From Longimicrobiales bacterium (GTDB taxonomy: Bacteria; Gemmatimonadota; Gemmatimonadetes; Longimicrobiales; Gaopeijiaceae): 64,000 nt of DNA. The DNA lies in contig JAWLHJ010000006.1 in the NCBI GenBank assembly GCA_041690395.1, positions 230,530 through 294,529 of the forward strand. Reading direction: 5' to 3'. The notes beneath the pieces were generated by a model that was not told the DNA's origin, ran no database searches, and was given only the letters and a program-made list of their open reading frames with translations. Both the position numbers and the translations under genes were made by a program. Below are positions 58,385 through 64,000 of the stretch, one piece after another (the first letter of the stretch is position 1; each line of letters starts with the position of its first letter).

Positions 58385-58795
58385 TCAGCTTCGAGGCCGA
58401 TGCACGCTCACGCGGAGGGGCGGAGCGATCGTGTAGTGGAAGCGGAGCCGGTTCTCACCCCCCTCCACGACATTGGAGATCTTCTGGCGGGTCTTCGGGT
58501 GGTCGTGCCCCTGCTCGTTCTCGACCACGAGGACATCACCTGCCTGCAGACCGCTCTCGAGCTCACGAAGCTGCCCTTCCAGGCGCTCAAGAAGGAGCTG
58601 TTCGGTCTCGTCCTGAACCCCCCCCTCGGCCTCCGCCACCAGCTCGTGCACCGACTGCTGCTCGTAACGGGATTCCAGCTCGTCGGCCGGGAACGATTCG
58701 ACGCGGTCTCGCCGGAACGAGACCTCGTTGAGGGCCTTGGAGTCGAAGTTCGTCTCCACGCTCTGGTAGGACTCGCCGTACTTCCTGAAGATCAT
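58385..58795 (-). CDS. hypothetical protein (136 aa)
   Basis: Protein-like acidic ORF 31 nt downstream of helicase on the same strand. Confidence 0.75.
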   Translation of the reverse strand: MIFRKYGESYQSVETNFDSKALNEVSFRRDRVESFPADELESRYEQQSVHELVAEAEGGVQDETEQLLLERLEGQLRELESGLQAGDVLVVENEQGHDHPKTRQKISNVVEGGENRLRFHYTIAPPLRVSVHRPRS

Positions 58796-58826
58796 GGTCG
58801 TCTCGGTGAGAATCGGGTCACTCGGA

Positions 58827-60086
58827 TCAGGATCCCGGGTTCAACAGTGCTTCGAGCTCCTCGGGCGACAGCTCGTCCACGGACTTTGAGCCCATGCCCT
58901 GCGGCGAGCGTGTCTTCCGGCCGCGGCGCGCGGCCGCGCGGGTCTCCGTCTGCGGCGTTCCAGCGTAGTCGAACTCCGGAAGGTGCTGGCGCTCCAGTCT
59001 CCGGCCCAGCCGGTGCTCGAGGCTCTTCATGGCCCCGAGGTCGCCGGCCGTGATGAAGGTGACGGCGGTTCCGGTCCTGCCCGCGCGCCCCGTCCGGCCG
59101 ATGCGGTGGACGTAGTCCTCGGGGTCGAGAGGCACGTCGTAGTTGACCACGTGGCTGATGCCCTCGACGTCGAGGCCCCGCTGGGCCACGTCCGTCGCCA
59201 CCAGGACACGGACCTTGCCGGTGGCGAACCGGTCGAGCGCCCGCGTCCGGTGCTTCATCTGACGGTCGGAATGCATGACGTCGACCTCGATGCCCTCACG
59301 CTCGAGCCGACGCTCGAGAACGTCCGCGCCCGCCTTCGTCCGGGTGAAGATCAGCACCTGATCCCAGTGCGGCTCGGCCATGAGCTTGAGGAGGAGCTCC
59401 GGCTTCTTCTCCGGCTTCACGGAGTAGAAGCGCTCCTCGATGCCCGCCGCCGTCGTGCCGGCCGGCGTGGCCTCGATCCACTCCGCCTCCTGCGTCAGCC
59501 GCAGCGCGAGATCGTGGACACCGTTGGGCATGGTCGCGCTGAAGAGCATCGTCTGACGCTTCCCGCGCATCCCCCGGAAGACCTGCTCGATCTGGGGCCG
59601 GAAGCCCATGTCGAGCATGCGGTCCGCCTCGTCGAGCACCATGTAGTCGAGCTTCGAAAGATCGACGCGTCCGGACTCCATGTGGTCGATGAAGCGCCCC
59701 GGCGTCGCCACGATCACCTCGAAGCCCTGCTCGAGGGCCTGGATCTGCGGACCGTAACCCACGCCCCCGTGGATCACCTCGCTCCGGATGTTCGTGCCCT
59801 TCGAGAGCTCCACGGTGTCGTCCGACACCTGCTGGGCGAGCTCACGCGTCGGGCACAGGACCAGGATCTGGAGCCCGCCGCCGGCCTTGATACGCTCGAG
59901 TCCCGGAATCATGAACGCGGCCGTCTTGCCGGTCCCGGTCTGGGCGATGCCGACGACGTCCTTGCCTTCGAGGCCGGGGGGGATCGCCTTGGCCTGGATG
60001 GGCGTCGGGGTCGTCCACCCCAGCGCCTCCACGGCGGCGAGGCGTTCGGGAGAGAGGCCGAGATCGGCGAATGTGGTCGTTTCCAA
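58827..60086 (-). CDS. DEAD-box RNA helicase (RhlE-like)
   Basis: PTPIQ, AQTGTGKT, PTRELA, DEADRM, SAT, HRIGRTGRAG. TTG start. Confidence 0.96.
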   Translation of the reverse strand: METTTFADLGLSPERLAAVEALGWTTPTPIQAKAIPPGLEGKDVVGIAQTGTGKTAAFMIPGLERIKAGGGLQILVLCPTRELAQQVSDDTVELSKGTNIRSEVIHGGVGYGPQIQALEQGFEVIVATPGRFIDHMESGRVDLSKLDYMVLDEADRMLDMGFRPQIEQVFRGMRGKRQTMLFSATMPNGVHDLALRLTQEAEWIEATPAGTTAAGIEERFYSVKPEKKPELLLKLMAEPHWDQVLIFTRTKAGADVLERRLEREGIEVDVMHSDRQMKHRTRALDRFATGKVRVLVATDVAQRGLDVEGISHVVNYDVPLDPEDYVHRIGRTGRAGRTGTAVTFITAGDLGAMKSLEHRLGRRLERQHLPEFDYAGTPQTETRAAARRGRKTRSPQGMGSKSVDELSPEELEALLNPGS

Positions 60087-60271
60087 GGGATGTCTTCCTG
60101 CTGTTCACAACACGGGGAGAACCGCGCCCCGAGACGTCACACCCGAGGAGCTACGCGGTGAAAGGTAATGAGCTTCCTTGCCAAGGGTATAGCCGGTTGG
60201 GCAACTTTGCGCGCCCGATCCGTGCCCGACATCGAGTCGGAATCGACGACACGAGAGGACTCCGAGCCCAC

Positions 60272-60769
60272 ATGGATGCCGAGCCCAACCGCCCCAGCCG
60301 TACCTCGATTCTCTTCGTCTGCCTCGGCAACATCTGCCGGTCTCCGCTGGCCGAGGGCGTCTTCCGTGACAGGGTCGCGAAGCGGGGCCTGACGGACCGT
60401 TTCGAGATCGACTCCGCGGGTACCGGGGGATGGCATATCGGTGAGCCCGCGGACGCCCGGGCCGCGATGGTCGCGGAAAGCCACGGCGTCACGCTCGAGA
60501 GCCGGGCTCGTCAGGTGAGCGAGGACGACCTGGCCCGCTACGACTACGTGATCGCGATGGACCGGGACAACCTCGCCGAGCTGCAGCGCATGGCGGCCGG
60601 CATCGAGGACGGAGCCGAGATCCATCTCCTCCGTGAGTTCGATCCGGACGGTGGCGGGGACGAGGTCCCGGATCCGTACTACGGTGGCGCCAGCGGCTTC
60701 GAGGCCGTGTACGACATGGTGAGCCGATCCTGCGACGGGTTGCTCGAGCACGTGCTGGCCCACAGCTAG
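60272..60769 (+). CDS. low-molecular-weight protein-tyrosine phosphatase
   Basis: FVCLGNICRSP, DSAGT, VPDPYYG. Confidence 0.95.
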   Translation: MDAEPNRPSRTSILFVCLGNICRSPLAEGVFRDRVAKRGLTDRFEIDSAGTGGWHIGEPADARAAMVAESHGVTLESRARQVSEDDLARYDYVIAMDRDNLAELQRMAAGIEDGAEIHLLREFDPDGGGDEVPDPYYGGASGFEAVYDMVSRSCDGLLEHVLAHS

Positions 60770-61707
60770 TGTCCCGAGGCACCGGCCTGCCGGACCGGAT
60801 CCGACGGGGCGTGGAGGTGGCGCTCGAGGAGCTCGGCCTCCCGGGTGACGTGGTCGGCGCGAGGCCCGTGGGCGGCGGCTGCATCCACCGAGGCACCCGG
60901 GTCGAGGTGAGTACCGGCGTGTCCTACTTCCTGAAGTGGAGCCAGGACGTTCCCAGGGGGGTGTTCGAGGCGGAGGCCGAAGGGCTTCGGGCGCTCCGCG
61001 AGGCGGGCCCGGTCACGGTCCCGGAGCCTCTCGCCTGGGACGAGGGATCCCCGGCCTGGCTCCTGATGGAGTACGTGGCGCCGGCGGCGGACGACGTTCG
61101 CGGCGCGGCGCTGGGCCGCGGCCTGGCCGCCATCCACTTGTCGGACGTTTCCAGGCCCTCGGCCCACCCGTCCGGACCGGACGCCGCCGGTGGGCCCTTC
61201 GGGTGGTCGCGCGACAACTGGATCGGATCGTTACCCCAGTCGAACCCGGTCACGGCATCGTGGGGCGCGTTCTGGCGTGACGCCCGTCTCTCCCCGCAGC
61301 TCCAGGCGGCCCGCACGCGCGGCCGCCTCCGTGACGAGGTCTTCGACCGGCTCCTCGACGCCGTCCCTGGCGCGCTCGCGACGGTCACCATGCCGTCCCT
61401 GATTCACGGTGACCTGTGGAGCGGCAACGCCTACGCGTCGTCCGCGGGGAGACCCGTGCTCGTCGATCCGGCCGTGTACCTGGGCGACGGGGAGGTGGAC
61501 CTGGCGATGTCCGAGCTCTTCGGCGGGTTCGACCGGGACTTCTACCGCGCCTACGACGCGGAGCGCCCGATCACGCCGGAGTACCATGCATTCAAGCGTG
61601 ACCTGTACCAGCTCTACTACCTGCTGGTGCACGTGAACCTCTTCGGCAGGTCGTACGAGGCGGGAGCGCGAAGGGCCGCCGAAGGAGCGCTGGCCGGACT
61701 CAGCTGA
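60769..61707 (+). CDS. fructosamine/ketosamine-3-kinase family protein
   Basis: GGGCIH, YFLK, FEAEAEGL, FGW..DNWIG, PSLIHGDLWSGN, DPAVY.GD.EVDLAM, LYYLLVHVNLFG. Confidence 0.93.
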   Translation: MSRGTGLPDRIRRGVEVALEELGLPGDVVGARPVGGGCIHRGTRVEVSTGVSYFLKWSQDVPRGVFEAEAEGLRALREAGPVTVPEPLAWDEGSPAWLLMEYVAPAADDVRGAALGRGLAAIHLSDVSRPSAHPSGPDAAGGPFGWSRDNWIGSLPQSNPVTASWGAFWRDARLSPQLQAARTRGRLRDEVFDRLLDAVPGALATVTMPSLIHGDLWSGNAYASSAGRPVLVDPAVYLGDGEVDLAMSELFGGFDRDFYRAYDAERPITPEYHAFKRDLYQLYYLLVHVNLFGRSYEAGARRAAEGALAGLS

Positions 61708-61727
61708 GATGTGGCCCGACCGTGGGC

Positions 61728-62930
61728 TCAGGAGCCGGAGCCCACTCCCACCATGCGCGCGATCCGCTCGATCGCGTCGGTCAGCTCGTCGTCGGACGCC
61801 GCGTAGCTCATGCGGGCCCAGGCGTCGTCGCCGAACGCCGCTCCCGGTACCAGGGCCACGCCCGCGTCCTCGATCAGCTTCGAGCACCACTCGGTCGCGC
61901 TCCCGACCGCTCCGCCGGTGAGCGAGTCGACGCGAAAGTAGACGTAGAAGGCGCCCTCGGGCTCGATCACGCGCAGCGACGGAAAGTGCTCCCGCAGGCG
62001 ACCGAGCACGAGGTCGCGACGCCGGCGGAACGCCCGGCCCATCTCGGCCACCGCCCGGTCCGAAGCCTCGCCGTTCCGGTAGGCCTCGAGCGCGGCGTGC
62101 TGCGTCGGCGTCGACGGGTTCGACGTGATCTGGCTCTGCAGCGCCGTGAGCTTCCCTGCCAACTCGGGCTCGCTGAACGAGAACCCGAAGCGCCACCCGG
62201 TCATCGCGTGGCTCTTGGAGAGGCCGTCGACGAGCACGAAGCGGCCCAACTCCGACGGGTCCACGTCGAGCACGCCCGGCGCACGCCCGCCTTCGTCACC
62301 GTAGTAGATGGTTCCGTAGATCTCGTCGCTGACGAGCCACACGTTCCGGTCCTTCGCCCAACGCGTGATCGCGCGAAGCTCCTCGAGCGAGTACACGGCC
62401 CCTGAAGGGTTCGACGGGGAGTTGAGGATCAGGCCCCGGGTCCGGTCGGTCACGGCCGCGTCCAGGTCGGCCGGCGTCACCTTGAAGTCGCGTGCCTCGT
62501 CACCAGCGACGAAGACGGGCTCGGCCCGGGCCAGCGTGACGATGTCCGGATACGTGGTCCAGTACGGGGTCAGAATCAGGACTTCGTCTCCGGGCCCGAA
62601 CAGGGAGAACACGGCGTTGAACAGGGCCTGCTTGGCACCCGTGCCCGTGACGACCCCCTCCCAGGGAAGGGTCCGCCCGGCCCGTTCGGAGAGGTGGGCC
62701 GCGATCGCCTTGCGCAACTCGGGCATCCCGGGGGCCGCGGTGTAGCGGGTGGCGCCTTCGCGAATGGCCGCGACACCGGCGTCGGCAATGAAGCCGGGCG
62801 TCGCGAAATCCGGCTCTCCCGCGCTCAGATTGACGATGTCGCGCCCCTCGGAAGCCAGGCGTTTCGCGAGCGCGCTGACCGCCATGGTCGCCGAAGGCTT
62901 GAGCTTGCCGATATTCTCGCTGAACGTCAT
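61728..62930 (-). CDS. class I/II PLP aminotransferase (aspartate aminotransferase type)
   Basis: AGEPDF, GAKQAL, NSPSNPSG, SDEIY, SKSHAMTGWR, PEGAFY, RMSYA. Confidence 0.94.
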   Translation of the reverse strand: MTFSENIGKLKPSATMAVSALAKRLASEGRDIVNLSAGEPDFATPGFIADAGVAAIREGATRYTAAPGMPELRKAIAAHLSERAGRTLPWEGVVTGTGAKQALFNAVFSLFGPGDEVLILTPYWTTYPDIVTLARAEPVFVAGDEARDFKVTPADLDAAVTDRTRGLILNSPSNPSGAVYSLEELRAITRWAKDRNVWLVSDEIYGTIYYGDEGGRAPGVLDVDPSELGRFVLVDGLSKSHAMTGWRFGFSFSEPELAGKLTALQSQITSNPSTPTQHAALEAYRNGEASDRAVAEMGRAFRRRRDLVLGRLREHFPSLRVIEPEGAFYVYFRVDSLTGGAVGSATEWCSKLIEDAGVALVPGAAFGDDAWARMSYAASDDELTDAIERIARMVGVGSGS

Positions 62931-62987
62931 CCGGATCCTCGTCGAGTGCTGGCTGCGGCCGTGGAATATGGCGACCTTTCGCGTCCG

Positions 62988-63587
62988 ATGTCCAACCCGC
63001 CCCCCATCTCGCACCCGGTCCTGTACTTCGATTTCGTGGACCCCGTCTCCTACCTGTTGGAGCTCGAGGTGAAGGCCACGGAGGCGGAGCTCGGCATCCG
63101 GGTGACCCGCTTCGGTGTCGAGATCAACCCTCCGCCCTACCCGCTCGGCGCGCCCGACGACGAGCTTTGGGCGCCCCGTTGGGCCGAGGCCGCCCGCATC
63201 GCAGATGGGCTCGGGCGCGCCCTCCCGCCGCCTCCGCTCGTGCCGTGGAGCCGCAAGGCCCACGAGCTCGTGGAGCACGCCAGCGAGAGGGCGGAGGACC
63301 ACGTCGCCGAGCTGAGGGAAGCCATCTTCCGATCCTACTTCGACGAAGGACGCGACATCGGGCGTGTGGACGTCCTGGTCGGGCTGGCCCATGCCGTCGG
63401 ACTCGACCGCACCGAGACCAAAGCCGTGCTGGACGTGGACCGCTTCGGAGACGCGGTAGCCCGCCGGCGAGACGAAGCCGTGGGCGCCGGCCTGCGGGTG
63501 ATCCCGACGCTCGAGACCGGGGATCGACGGTTGGAGGGCTTCCACAACGGTGCTTCGCTCAGCACCTTTCTCGGTGGGTCCGCCTGA
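62988..63587 (+). CDS. DsbA/FrnE-like thioredoxin-fold protein lacking cysteines
   Basis: YFDFVDPVSY, AIFRSYFDEGRDIG..DVL, G..VIPT cis-Pro motif. Confidence 0.78.
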   Translation: MSNPPPISHPVLYFDFVDPVSYLLELEVKATEAELGIRVTRFGVEINPPPYPLGAPDDELWAPRWAEAARIADGLGRALPPPPLVPWSRKAHELVEHASERAEDHVAELREAIFRSYFDEGRDIGRVDVLVGLAHAVGLDRTETKAVLDVDRFGDAVARRRDEAVGAGLRVIPTLETGDRRLEGFHNGASLSTFLGGSA

Positions 63588-63625
63588 CCCCGCCCCACCA
63601 AACAGCAACCCGCACCCCGTAGATC

Positions 63626-63928
63626 ATGGCCGGCTACCAGCGCAAGACCGCATCCTCACCCTCCGAGATTTTCGAGCACGCCGAAGCGGTGCTGCCCGAG
63701 ATGGTCGGGGTGACCAAGGTGAAGGAATCCGGACACGGCGCCACGTACAGCGGCGAAGAAGGTACGGTCACGCTGTCGGTCCACCGTCACGGGCCGTACA
63801 CCGACGTCGTCGCGACCACGGACCGTCTTCGTACGTCGCGACTCGATTACGAGGTGCAACGCTTTCTGAATCAGCTCCCCTACGAGCCGGGAGACAAGGG
63901 AGGGCGCGGTTCCGGCGAGCCCAGCTGA
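63626..63928 (+). CDS. hypothetical protein (100 aa)
   Basis: Protein-like ORF downstream of DsbA-like gene with GC3 bias. Confidence 0.7.
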   Translation: MAGYQRKTASSPSEIFEHAEAVLPEMVGVTKVKESGHGATYSGEEGTVTLSVHRHGPYTDVVATTDRLRTSRLDYEVQRFLNQLPYEPGDKGGRGSGEPS

Positions 63929-64000
63929 CACGCTTCGGCGTGGGCTGAGCCCGCGACAATCGAGCACCCAGCGTGCCGAGACCTTTTCGCCCGTTCTTCA

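Noticed and set aside
60087..60271. Possible structured 5' leader of the DEAD-box helicase
   Set aside because: Only one imperfect hairpin; not enough to call a regulatory RNA.
1..64000. CRISPR arrays, tRNA/rRNA, integrases, prophage, retron/RT genes
   Set aside because: No spaced direct repeats, cloverleafs or diagnostic motifs seen by eye. A tool-based scan could still find weak cases.

Overview
A GC-rich, gene-dense bacterial chromosomal segment with about 55 CDSs. I saw no rRNA, tRNA, CRISPR array, transposase or phage genes. The gene content (PadR/ADOP permease pairs, SusC/SusD pair, TonB-dependent receptor + DUF4249-like lipoprotein pairs, stand-alone plug-domain protein) suggests Gemmatimonadota or a similar lineage; this is an inference. 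Most genes are housekeeping or envelope genes (cyoE, serA, typA, apaG, DEAD-box helicase, aminotransferases, peptidases, transporters). Best leads: (1) an NHEJ locus (ligD, ku) followed by an uncharacterised MerR-HTH + TPR protein with a sliding-clamp-binding-like QLTLDF motif; (2) a ~200-nt multi-hairpin intergenic RNA candidate with its own promoter and terminator at ~58.1-58.3 kb; (3) a ~326-bp nested-palindrome MITE-like element at 24.66-24.99 kb; (4) a catalytically dead GGDEF domain that keeps its I-site and is coupled to a lipid kinase; (5) a barrel-less TonB plug protein with a C-terminal anchor; (6) a recurring leaderless promoter layout that includes both NHEJ genes. All family calls come from reading motifs by eye. 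Many starts were moved from the ORF track to the most plausible codon.
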